A stretch of 64,000 nucleotides of DNA, taken from assembly GCF_021246445.1 (NCBI RefSeq), contig NZ_JAJQXW010000005.1, positions 62,001 through 126,000 on the forward strand. The letters are read 5' to 3'. The first letter of the stretch is position 1. Every line of letters starts with the position of its first letter. Below are positions 42,511 to 51,163 of this stretch, in pieces. Both the position numbers and the translations under genes were made by a program. The notes under the pieces are model-generated. The model ran no database searches. It worked only from the letters and a program-made list of their open reading frames with translations, and was not told where the DNA came from. This DNA comes from Rhabdothermincola salaria. GTDB lineage: Bacteria > Actinomycetota > Acidimicrobiia > Acidimicrobiales > Acidimicrobilacustridaceae.

Positions 42511-43323
42511 TCAGCTCCCGGGGCCTCGCCCCCGGCGTTCGGCCCGCTGTCGGAGCCGGGCCGCGATGGTGACGTCGGCCGACAGGTCGAGCTCGCTCCA
42601 TCGCGATGGTGGGGTGGCGGCCAGCACCGCGTCGGGCACCAGGCCCACCAGCTCGGCCCGGGCGATGCGGGCCCGCTCGGCCACGGCATCGAAGACCTGC
42701 GCGGGCCCCACCTGCAGGGGGTCGACCAGGTTCATCGACACCTGCACCTCGTCGCCGACGGCCAGCCCCAGCGCCCGCACGCCGGGACCTCGGATCTCGC
42801 GGGCCACCGCTCGGGCCAGATCGAGATCGGAGTCGACCAGCCACAGGTTGTAGGCCACCAGCACGGGCCGGGCCCCGACGGCCACGGCGCCGGCGGTGGG
42901 GTGTGCGGTGGGGGGACCCGTGTCGGGGACGAGCGTGGTGAACGCCCCTCGCCGGATCTCGGGCAGGGTGCGCTCGGGCCCGTAGAGGAAGCAGGGCAGC
43001 CCCAGCTCGTCGGCGGCCCAGCGGGCGTACCGGTCGCGGGCGGCGAGGGCGTCGCCCTCCGTCGAGCCGTCGAGGGCCACGAAGGGCACCACGTCGACGA
43101 CGCCGATGCGGGGGTGGGCTCCGGCGTGGGTGCTGACGTCGAGGTGCTCCACGGCGGCCTGGGTGAGCGCCCGGGGGGCCGACTCGCCCACCAGGGTCCA
43201 GACCGACCGGTGGTGGTGGACGCAGCTGTGCACGTCGAGGCAGTCGGGCCCGACGGCGTCGGCGAGCGCGGCCAGCACGGTCGCGGACCGTCCCTCGCTG
43301 AGGTTCACCACGCATTCGAGCAC
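42511..43323 (-). CDS. glutamate formiminotransferase-like protein (no cyclodeaminase domain)
   Basis: ECVVNLSEGR, HHRSV, HAGAHPRIGVVDVVPF, VQVSMNL, ELVGLVP. Confidence 0.85.
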   Translation of the reverse strand: MLECVVNLSEGRSATVLAALADAVGPDCLDVHSCVHHHRSVWTLVGESAPRALTQAAVEHLDVSTHAGAHPRIGVVDVVPFVALDGSTEGDALAARDRYARWAADELGLPCFLYGPERTLPEIRRGAFTTLVPDTGPPTAHPTAGAVAVGARPVLVAYNLWLVDSDLDLARAVAREIRGPGVRALGLAVGDEVQVSMNLVDPLQVGPAQVFDAVAERARIARAELVGLVPDAVLAATPPSRWSELDLSADVTIAARLRQRAERRGRGPGS

Positions 43324-43422
43324 GGCCCGATCCTCGCTCACCGGGAGCCTCGTCACCAGCCCGGACGCGCCACGGGCCACCCTCGAGGGGTGGCCCGTGG
43401 TCCAGGATGTGGTGGGGAGGGC

Positions 43423-43680
43423 TCAGCCCAGGTCGGAAGCGGCGTGCACCGGGATCCGGCGGGCTTTCAGGATGCGACGACGCTGTCGCTCCGAGGTGCC
43501 GCCCCACACGCCGTGGTCGATCCGGTTGGCGAGGGCGTACTCGAGGCACGGCTCGCTGACGGGGCAGGTGGCGCAGATGCGCTTGGCGTGCTCGACGCCC
43601 ACGCCGTCACTCGGGAAGAACGTGGTGGGTGGTTCGTGGCGACAGTTGCCGTTCTCCATCCAGATGTTGGTGGTGTCCAT
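43423..43680 (-). CDS. WhiB family Fe-S transcriptional regulator
   Basis: C...FFPSDG...CATC.....C, HGVWGGTSERQRR. Confidence 0.9.
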   Translation of the reverse strand: MDTTNIWMENGNCRHEPPTTFFPSDGVGVEHAKRICATCPVSEPCLEYALANRIDHGVWGGTSERQRRRILKARRIPVHAASDLG

Positions 43681-43903
43681 GCCGGTCGCCTCCGATGCGG
43701 CCTGTGTCCGACGTGCCGGTGGGCCGAGCGACGTGCGGACCTCCGTGGCCCGTCGCCTCCCTCGCTCGGAGAGCAGGTCGTGAAGGGCAAGGTACGCAGG
43801 GACCGTGAAAGCAGGCATAAGCGCCTCGGATCCACCCCGGGCCCGGCACCTCCACTGCCCGTCGGCGCCGCTACCCTGCGCCCTCGGACCGACGAGGAGT
43901 GCC

Positions 43904-45376
43904 GTGCCCGACGACCGGCCGAGCGACGCCGACACCCCCACCACCGAGCAGCCGGCGCCCCTCCGGGAATCGCCGACCTGGCCCCTGCCCGCGAGCGACC
44001 CCGAGCCCCCGCCGGTGCCGGCCGAGGTGTCCCCGTCGCCGTCGGAGCCTCCGCCTCCGCCCCGGGCGTGGCCGGGAGGGGCGGTCCCGCCGGGACCGCC
44101 GCCCGGACCGCTGCCGGGACCGCCGCCGGGACCGCCGCCGGGACCGCCGCCGGGACCGCCGTCCGGCTACCCCGGCCCGGCCGAACCGTCGCCCCCGGCC
44201 TGGCCGGCCAGCTCGGCGCCGCCCCAGTGGGGTGGCGGGGTCCCGCCGGGGCCGCCGCCGATCCCTCCGGCCCTCCCCTACGCGCCCGGGCCGCCGCCGC
44301 GGGGGGTGCGCGCCGCCGTGGTCGTGGTGGTGGCCCTCGTGGTCGGCGTGGTGGCCTCGGCCCTCACCGCCGGGTTGTTCCTGGTGGTCGACGGCGACGA
44401 CTCGCGTGGCGGCGCCAGCCGGCTGGTCGACGGGGAGCCGCTCGACATCCAGGCCCTCCTCGAGAAGGCCCAGCCCTCGGTGGTGGCCATCGAGACCGGC
44501 CAGCGCAGCACCACCAACGTCTACGGCGGGGCCGGCAGCGGGGTGGTGGTCAGCGACGACGGGCTGGTGCTCACCAACGCCCACGTGATCGGTGGCGCCA
44601 CCGAGATGCGAGCCACCACGTCCAGCGGCCGCACCTACGAGGCCGAGCTGGTGGGCTCGTCCCCGGCCGACGACGTGGCCCTCATCCGCCTGGTCGACGC
44701 CAGCGGTCTGGTGCCCGCCGAACTCGGCAGCTCCGACGACGCCGAGGTGGGCGACGAGGTCGTGGCCATCGGCAACGCCCTCAACCTCGGTGGCCCCCCG
44801 AGCGTCACCCAGGGCATCGTCTCGGCCAAGGAGCGGGTCATCGAGGCTCCGCAGATCACCCTGCAGGGCCTGCTGCAGACCGACGCCGCCATCAACCCCG
44901 GCAACTCGGGCGGTCCCTTGTTGAACGCCGCCGGCCAGGTGATCGGGATCAACACGGCCATCATCAACGACGCCCAGAACATCGGCTTCGCCATCCCCAT
45001 CGACAGCATCCGTCCGCTGCTCACCGACCTGGAGGAGGGCCTGGGTCAGATCACCCCGGACACCGCGTTCCTCGGGGTCATCACCATCGCCGTCGACCAG
45101 GTGAACCCCTCGGTGCTCGACCAGTACGAGGTCGAGAGCGACGAGGGGGTCTTCGTCTCGGAGTTGGTGGCGGGCTCGGCGGCCGTCGACGCCGGCCTGC
45201 AGCTGGGCGACGTGATCGTGGCCGTCGACGGCGACGACGTGCAGCGGCCCACCGACGTCCAGGACGCGGTGCAGGCGCGATCCCCGGGCGACGAGATCGA
45301 GCTCGAGATCGAGCGCGAGGGGCGGCGCCTCACCCTCTCGGTCACCCTGGGCAGTCGGGGGACGACGGGTGACTGA
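43904..45376 (+). CDS. HtrA/DegP-like membrane serine protease with PDZ domain
   Basis: Pro-rich cytoplasmic N-terminus, TM helix, TNAHV, DVAL, GNSGG, C-terminal PDZ; GAGGAG RBS. Confidence 0.92.
   Translation: MPDDRPSDADTPTTEQPAPLRESPTWPLPASDPEPPPVPAEVSPSPSEPPPPPRAWPGGAVPPGPPPGPLPGPPPGPPPGPPPGPPSGYPGPAEPSPPAWPASSAPPQWGGGVPPGPPPIPPALPYAPGPPPRGVRAAVVVVVALVVGVVASALTAGLFLVVDGDDSRGGASRLVDGEPLDIQALLEKAQPSVVAIETGQRSTTNVYGGAGSGVVVSDDGLVLTNAHVIGGATEMRATTSSGRTYEAELVGSSPADDVALIRLVDASGLVPAELGSSDDAEVGDEVVAIGNALNLGGPPSVTQGIVSAKERVIEAPQITLQGLLQTDAAINPGNSGGPLLNAAGQVIGINTAIINDAQNIGFAIPIDSIRPLLTDLEEGLGQITPDTAFLGVITIAVDQVNPSVLDQYEVESDEGVFVSELVAGSAAVDAGLQLGDVIVAVDGDDVQRPTDVQDAVQARSPGDEIELEIEREGRRLTLSVTLGSRGTTGD
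44087..44160 (+). repeat. 12-bp coding tandem repeat (PPGP)
   Basis: about 6 copies of ccgccgggaccg. Confidence 0.8.
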
Positions 45377-45455
45377 GACCCACCTGTAGGGTTGAGCGGT
45401 CCGGATGGGCACCCCGTGCCCGCCCGCTGCCGCCTGATCCGAAAGAGCCCCCGCG

Positions 45456-45725
45456 ATGTCCATGACCGATCTCTCCGAAACCGAAGGTCCCCCGCGGGGC
45501 CGGGTCCGCGTGATCTACCTCGGGCCGGTCGCCCCTCACTGGGACGTCCAGGGCGAGTCCGAGGTCCGCGGCCTGGTCGACGACTTCCGGGCCCGGGTCA
45601 ACGCCCGCCTGTTGCTCCTCCCTCCGCACGACCCCCAGTTCCGCCGCAACCGCGAGCGGGTGGTGCGCGACGCCGAGCGCGAGCGTCTCACCCTCGAGTG
45701 GGACCTGGGCCTGCCCGACGAGTGA
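45456..45725 (+). CDS. small hypothetical protein
   Basis: 89 aa, GC3-biased codons, protein-like composition (RVIYLGPVAPHW...HDPQFRRNRER). Confidence 0.7.
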   Translation: MSMTDLSETEGPPRGRVRVIYLGPVAPHWDVQGESEVRGLVDDFRARVNARLLLLPPHDPQFRRNRERVVRDAERERLTLEWDLGLPDE

Positions 45726-45757
45726 TGACACCCTGGCGCCGCGACCGACGGAGGTCG

Positions 45758-45779
45758 TCGTCGCGAACGCCAGGTGAAC
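45758..45779 (-). promoter_or_regulatory. putative inverted PHO box upstream of ppk1
   Basis: Minus strand GTTCACCTGGC-GTTCGCGACGA, two 11-nt units. Confidence 0.45.
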
Positions 45780-45829
45780 GGCCCCGTCGGGCCCCGATCC
45801 GGGCCGGAGCGCCCCTGTAGGCTCGGCCC

Positions 45830-47974
45830 ATGTCCGCACCCTTCGAGGTCTCTGCCACTGCCGACGGCGGTTCCACCATCGGTGTGCGGCGATCGGTGGA
45901 GGAGCTCACGGCCGACGAGCTGGCCTCGTCGCCGCAGCGCTTCTTGAACCGCGAGCTCTCCTGGCTCGACTTCAACGCCCGGGTGCTCGCTCTGGCCGTC
46001 AACCCCGACGTGCCGTTGCTCGAGCGAGCCAAGTTCGTCGCCATCTTCAGCCAGAACCTCGACGAGTTCTTCCAGGTCCGGGTGGCCGGGCTCAAGGACC
46101 AGGTCGCGGCCGGGTTGCCCAAGAAGACGGTCGACGGTCGCACCGCCGCCCAGCAGCTCAGCGAGATCCGAGAGCGCCTCGACGACCTGTTGGGCTACGC
46201 CAACTCGATCTTCTTCGACCGGCTCGTCCCGGAGCTGGCCGACGCGGGCCTCGTCTACTCCGGCTACGACGAGCTCGACGACGACGACCGCAAGTACCTC
46301 GACGAGGTCTTCACCGACCGCATCTTCCCGGTCCTGACCCCCCTCGCCGTCGACCCGGGGCATCCGTTCCCCTACATCTCGGACCTGTCGCTCAACCTGG
46401 CCGTGGTCGTCCTCGACCCGGTCGGGGGCGAACGGCGCTTCGCTCGGGTCAAGGTGCCCAACCTGCTGCCCCGCTTCGTCGTGATGCCCGACGGCGAGCG
46501 CTTCGTCCCCCTCGAGCAGGTCATCGCCGCCCACCTGCGGGTGCTGTTCCCGGGCATGGAGCCCGGCGACCACTTCGCCTTCCGCGTCACCCGCAACGCC
46601 GACCTCACCCTCGAAGAGGAAGAGGCCGACGACCTGCTGGAGGCGGTGGAGATCGAGCTGCGCCGCCGGCGCTTCGGGCGCGCCGTGCGCCTCGAGGTCG
46701 CCGAGGACGTCTCGCCGGAGATCCTCGAGCTGCTCCAGCGCGAGCTCGATCTCGACGACGCCGACATCTACCTGTGCCCGGGGCCGGTGGACCTCAGCGG
46801 GCTGTGGGCGATCCGGGGCCTCGACCGGCCCGACCTCGAGGACCCCCCGTGGACGCCCATCACCCAGCCGCGGCTGCGGCCTTTGTCCGACGAGCCCGTC
46901 GACCTGTTCGCCGTGTTGCGCGACGGCGACGTGCTGGTCCACCACCCCTACGAGTCGTTCTCGACGTCGGTCGAGGAGTTCATCCGCCAGGCGTCGGCCG
47001 ATCCCAGGGTGTTGGCCATCAAGCTCACCCTGTACCGCACCTCGAGCGACACCTCGATCATCAAGTCGCTGGTGCGGGCGGCCGAGCGGGGCAAGCAGGT
47101 GGCCGCCCTGGTGGAGCTGAAGGCCCGCTTCGACGAGAAGCAGAACATCGGGTGGGCCCGCCAGCTGGAGAAGGCGGGCGTCCACGTGGTCTACGGCCTG
47201 ATGGGCCTCAAGATCCACACCAAGACCACCCTGGTGGTGCGCGAGGAGGACGACGGCATCCGGCGCTATTGCCACGTCGGCACCGGCAACTACAACCCCA
47301 AGACGGCCGGCCTCTACGAGGACCTGGGGCTGCTCACCGCCGACCCCCTGATCGGTTCGGACCTCACCCAGCTGTTCAACCTGCTCACCGGCTTCGCTCG
47401 CGAGCCGGGCTTCGGCAAGCTCTTGGTCTCGCCCACGACCGTGCGCCCCGGCATCACCTCGCTCATCGAGGCCGAAGCGGCGCGAGGTCCCGAGGGGCGC
47501 ATCGTGTTGAAGATGAACAGCCTGGTCGACGCCAAGATCATCGACGCCCTCTACGCCGCCTCGCAGGCCGGCACCCCGATCGACCTGATCGTGCGGGGCA
47601 TCTGCTGCCTGCGGCCCGGGGTGCCCGGGCTGTCGGAGAACATCCGGGTGCGCTCCATCGTCGGCCGCTACCTCGAGCACTCCCGGGTGTACCACTTCGC
47701 CCACGGCGGCGACGACGACGGACCGGTGTTCTACATCGGCTCGGCCGATTTGATGCCCCGGAACCTCGACCGACGGGTCGAGGCCCTCGTCCCCATCGAC
47801 GAACCGGCGCTGCAGGCCCGGCTCGTCGAGGTCCTCGACGTGAACCTGGCCGATGACTCGCTGGCCTGGTCGCTCGGTCCGGACAGCACCTGGCACCACC
47901 ATCGCGGGCCCGACGGCGTGGAGACCCACCGCCGCCTCCAGCAGCTGGCCCTCGAGCGACGCAGCGCCGACTGA
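45830..47974 (+). CDS. ppk1: polyphosphate kinase 1
   Basis: NRELSWLDFNARVL, NLDEFF, HPFP, HHPYES, ELKARFDE, KIHTK, GTGNYN, RYLEHSR. Confidence 0.97.
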   Translation: MSAPFEVSATADGGSTIGVRRSVEELTADELASSPQRFLNRELSWLDFNARVLALAVNPDVPLLERAKFVAIFSQNLDEFFQVRVAGLKDQVAAGLPKKTVDGRTAAQQLSEIRERLDDLLGYANSIFFDRLVPELADAGLVYSGYDELDDDDRKYLDEVFTDRIFPVLTPLAVDPGHPFPYISDLSLNLAVVVLDPVGGERRFARVKVPNLLPRFVVMPDGERFVPLEQVIAAHLRVLFPGMEPGDHFAFRVTRNADLTLEEEEADDLLEAVEIELRRRRFGRAVRLEVAEDVSPEILELLQRELDLDDADIYLCPGPVDLSGLWAIRGLDRPDLEDPPWTPITQPRLRPLSDEPVDLFAVLRDGDVLVHHPYESFSTSVEEFIRQASADPRVLAIKLTLYRTSSDTSIIKSLVRAAERGKQVAALVELKARFDEKQNIGWARQLEKAGVHVVYGLMGLKIHTKTTLVVREEDDGIRRYCHVGTGNYNPKTAGLYEDLGLLTADPLIGSDLTQLFNLLTGFAREPGFGKLLVSPTTVRPGITSLIEAEAARGPEGRIVLKMNSLVDAKIIDALYAASQAGTPIDLIVRGICCLRPGVPGLSENIRVRSIVGRYLEHSRVYHFAHGGDDDGPVFYIGSADLMPRNLDRRVEALVPIDEPALQARLVEVLDVNLADDSLAWSLGPDSTWHHHRGPDGVETHRRLQQLALERRSAD

Positions 47975-47986
47975 CCCACGACGACG

Positions 47987-49501
47987 ATGGCGGACGCCAG
48001 CTTGGAGCAGGAGATCAAGATGGCGGCGTGGCCGGGCTTCGAGCTGCCCGACCTCGCCGAGGTGGCGCCGGGCGTCGGCGTCGCCGAGGCCCCGACGCTC
48101 GAGCTCGACGCCGTCTACGTCGACACCCACGAGTTGGACCTGGTGCGTCGGGGCGTGTCGTTGCGTCGCCGGACGGGCGAGGGCGCGACCCGCTGGACGC
48201 TCAAGCTGCCGGCCACGGCCCCGTCGGGAATCGCCTTGTCGCGTCGGGAGCTCGACGTGGTGAGCGACGCCCACGAGGTGCCCGCCGAGCTGGCCGATCT
48301 GGTCACGGCCTGGGTGCGACGCCAACCCCTGGGCCCGGTCACCACCATCCGCACCACCCGGCGCCGGCACGTCCTGACGGGCGCCGACGGCTCGGAGCTG
48401 GCCGAGCTTGACGACGACGAGGTGTCGGTCGTCGATGCCGACGACCACGTCGCCGTCCGGTTCCGTGAGATCGAGGTCGAGCTGGCCGCAGGCGGCTCTC
48501 CCGACCTGTTGACCCTGGTGGCGGCCTCGTTGTCCGAGGCCGGCGCGGGGGCTCCCGATCGGACCACCAAGGTGGTGCGGGCGTTGGGCCCCCGAGCCCT
48601 GGCGCCCCCGGACCTGGCGCCCGCCGAGGTCGGGCCCGGGTCCACCGCGGCCGAGCTGGTCGTCGCCGCCCTGCGGGCGTCGGTGAGCCAGGTGCTCGAC
48701 CACGATCACGTCATCCGCCTCGACGACGACGTCGAGGGGGTGCACAAGGCCCGGGTCGGCACACGGCGGCTGCGCTCGAACCTGCGCACCTTCGGGGCCG
48801 TCCTCGACCACGGCTGGGCCGACGGCCTGCGCGCCGAGCTGGCGTGGCTGGCCGGCGAGCTGGGGGTGGTGCGCGACACCGACGTCCTCCTCGACGCGCT
48901 GTGGCGGGACGTCGCCGGGCTCGACGAGCGGGACCACCCGGTCGGGGCGTCCGTCCTGGCTCACCTGGTCGACGAGCGTCGCCGCCAGGTCGCTGCTCTG
49001 CTCACCGTCATGCGCACCGACCGCTACGTCGACCTGCTCGAGCACCTCGTCGAGGCCGCGGCGCGTCCCCGCTTCGGCCCGGACGCCCACCGGCCGGCCG
49101 TCGACGTGGTCCCGGGCCTGGTGGCCGAGCGCTGGAGGAAGCTGCGTCGGACGGCTCGGGACCTGGGGGACCACCCGAGCGACGACGAGCTGCACCGCGT
49201 GCGCATCCTCGCCAAGCGCACCCGGTACGCCGCCGACGCCGCCGAGCCCGTCGTCGGTGACGCCGCGTCGGGTCTGAGCTGGGCGGTGGCCCACCTGCAG
49301 GACGAGCTCGGCGAGCTGCACGACACCGCCGTGGCGATGGACTGGCTGCGGGGCCTCACCCCGCGGCTGACCCACGCCGAGGCCATGGTGGCCGGCCAGC
49401 TGGTGGCTGCCCAGCGTCGGCTGGCAGCCGAGCGGCGGGGCTCGTGGCGGGCCGCCTGGAAGGCCTGTGACACCAAGGCCCTCACCGGTTGGCTGCCGTG
49501 A
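47987..49501 (+). CDS. CYTH and CHAD domain-containing protein
   Basis: EQEIK (ExExK), LRRRTG, WTLK, EIEVE; CHAD HKARVGTRRLRS, LHRVRILAKRTRY, LQDELGELHD. Confidence 0.9.
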   Translation: MADASLEQEIKMAAWPGFELPDLAEVAPGVGVAEAPTLELDAVYVDTHELDLVRRGVSLRRRTGEGATRWTLKLPATAPSGIALSRRELDVVSDAHEVPAELADLVTAWVRRQPLGPVTTIRTTRRRHVLTGADGSELAELDDDEVSVVDADDHVAVRFREIEVELAAGGSPDLLTLVAASLSEAGAGAPDRTTKVVRALGPRALAPPDLAPAEVGPGSTAAELVVAALRASVSQVLDHDHVIRLDDDVEGVHKARVGTRRLRSNLRTFGAVLDHGWADGLRAELAWLAGELGVVRDTDVLLDALWRDVAGLDERDHPVGASVLAHLVDERRRQVAALLTVMRTDRYVDLLEHLVEAAARPRFGPDAHRPAVDVVPGLVAERWRKLRRTARDLGDHPSDDELHRVRILAKRTRYAADAAEPVVGDAASGLSWAVAHLQDELGELHDTAVAMDWLRGLTPRLTHAEAMVAGQLVAAQRRLAAERRGSWRAAWKACDTKALTGWLP

Positions 49502-49986
49502 CCTCTCGGAACGACGACGGCGGAGGGCGAACCCCACCGAGAGCCGATGCCCCCATCGAGGTGCGCGCCGCCGGTGGGGTGGTGTGGCGGGTGGCCGACG
49601 GTGTGGCCGAGGTGGCCCTGGTCCACCGCCCCAAGTACGGCGACTGGACCTTCCCCAAGGGCAAGCTGGAGGAGGGCGAGACCGACGAGGAGGCCGCCCG
49701 CCGCGAGGTGCACGAGGAGACCGGCTTCGAGTGCGTGCTCGGCCACGAGCTCCCGACGGTGCGCTACGTCGACGGCAAGGGACGCCACAAGCAGGTGCGG
49801 TACTGGGAGATGACCATCGCCGATGGCTCCTTCACGCCCAACGACGAGGTCGACCGCCTCCAGTGGCGGGACCTGGCCGAGGCCCGGTCCCGGCTCACCT
49901 ACGGCCACGACGCCGAGCTGCTCGACGCCTTCGAGACCTTCGCCGTCGAGGGTCCGGGCGCGGTCGACGGTCCGGGCCCCGGGTGA
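49498..49986 (+). CDS. Nudix hydrolase (MutT1/Ap4A hydrolase-like)
   Basis: AAGGVV, HRPKYGDWTFPKGK, Nudix box GETDEEAARREVHEETG. Confidence 0.9.
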   Translation: MTSRNDDGGGRTPPRADAPIEVRAAGGVVWRVADGVAEVALVHRPKYGDWTFPKGKLEEGETDEEAARREVHEETGFECVLGHELPTVRYVDGKGRHKQVRYWEMTIADGSFTPNDEVDRLQWRDLAEARSRLTYGHDAELLDAFETFAVEGPGAVDGPGPG

Positions 49987-50009
49987 GCACGCCCCCGACG
50001 TCGAGAAAC

Positions 50010-50125
50010 GGCCACCTGTCGTTCACTCTCAGTTCACCTGACGCCCCCTGGCTCGTCACCTTCGACTCCTAGCGTTCACCCGTCCACGAGTCGGCCACCT
50101 GACGTTCACCGAGGAGTCACCTGCC
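50010..50125 (+). promoter_or_regulatory. PHO box array upstream of pstS1
   Basis: 11-nt-spaced G(T/G)(T/C)CAC units at 50010, 50021, 50032 and 50093, 50104, 50115; extra GTTCACC at 50074; TAGCGT -10 at 50070. Confidence 0.8.
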
Positions 50126-50127
50126 GC

Positions 50128-51162
50128 GTGTCGACGTTCTCCCGCCTCACGCGAGCCACGGTGGCGCTCGGCCTGGTGGCCGTGGCCCTGGTCGCGTCCG
50201 GTTGTGCCGGTGCGGGCGCCCGCACCATCAACGGCTCGGGGGCCACCTTCCCCAAGTTGTTCTACGAAGAGGCCATCGCCGAGCTCGAAGAGGTGAACGA
50301 CGAGATCGTCGTGAACTACAACGCGGTCGGCTCCGGGCAGGGCAAGAAGGACCTGTCGGCCGGCACGGTCGACTGGGCCGGCTCGGACAGCCTGGTCAAG
50401 GACGACGAGGTGTCGAACTTCGATCGGCCCTTCCTCTACTTCCCGAGCGTCGCCGCGCCGATCACCGTGTCCTACAACCTCCCCGGTGTCGAGGGCCTGC
50501 GGCTCTCCCAGGACACGCTCGGATCGATCTTCATGGGCGAGATCGAGCGGTGGGACGACGCGGCCATCGCCACCGACAACCCCGACCTCGAGCTGCCGTC
50601 CACGCCGCTCACCGTGGCCGTTCGATCGGACGGCTCGGGGACCACCTCCAACTTCACCAAGTACCTCGAGCGGGCGGCGCCCGAGGTCTTCACCGTCACC
50701 GCCGGTGACACCGTCGCCTGGCCCCGGGCCCAGGCGGCCCGGGGCAACGCCGGTGTCGCCCACCTCATCCAGGACACCCCCGGGGCCATCGGCTACGTCG
50801 ACTACTCCGACGCCAAGCCCTCGGGCCTGGCGCTGGCGTCCGTCCGGAACCGCAGCGGCAACTACGTGGCCCCCTCGCTCGAAGCCGCCTCGGCGGCCCT
50901 GGCGGGGGCGGAGCTGAACGACGACCTGACCTACGACCCCCTCGATGCCGACGGGCCGGAGGCGTACCCGATCACCGCGCCCACCTACATCCTCGTCTAC
51001 GAGACCTATCCGGAGGACTCCACCGTGGAGAACCTCAAGGTCTGGCTGCGCTGGGTGCTCGGCGAAGGCCAGGACGTGGCCGCCGTCGTCGACTTCGCCC
51101 GGCTGCCCACCAACGTGCTCGAGCCGGCACAGGCCCAGATCGACCGGATCCAGGTGGGTTGA
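50128..51162 (+). CDS. pstS: phosphate ABC transporter substrate-binding lipoprotein (system 1)
   Basis: Lipobox ASGC, GSGATF, GSGQG, AGSD, RSDGSGTT. Confidence 0.93.
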   Translation: MSTFSRLTRATVALGLVAVALVASGCAGAGARTINGSGATFPKLFYEEAIAELEEVNDEIVVNYNAVGSGQGKKDLSAGTVDWAGSDSLVKDDEVSNFDRPFLYFPSVAAPITVSYNLPGVEGLRLSQDTLGSIFMGEIERWDDAAIATDNPDLELPSTPLTVAVRSDGSGTTSNFTKYLERAAPEVFTVTAGDTVAWPRAQAARGNAGVAHLIQDTPGAIGYVDYSDAKPSGLALASVRNRSGNYVAPSLEAASAALAGAELNDDLTYDPLDADGPEAYPITAPTYILVYETYPEDSTVENLKVWLRWVLGEGQDVAAVVDFARLPTNVLEPAQAQIDRIQVG

Positions 51163-51163
51163 C

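Noticed and set aside
45536..49537. 1333-aa minus-strand ORF (and similar long ORFs at 47-3112, 54122-57202, 30744-32687, 42901-45372)
   Set aside because: Antisense or off-frame shadows of well-supported genes, expected in high-GC DNA; no recognisable motifs.
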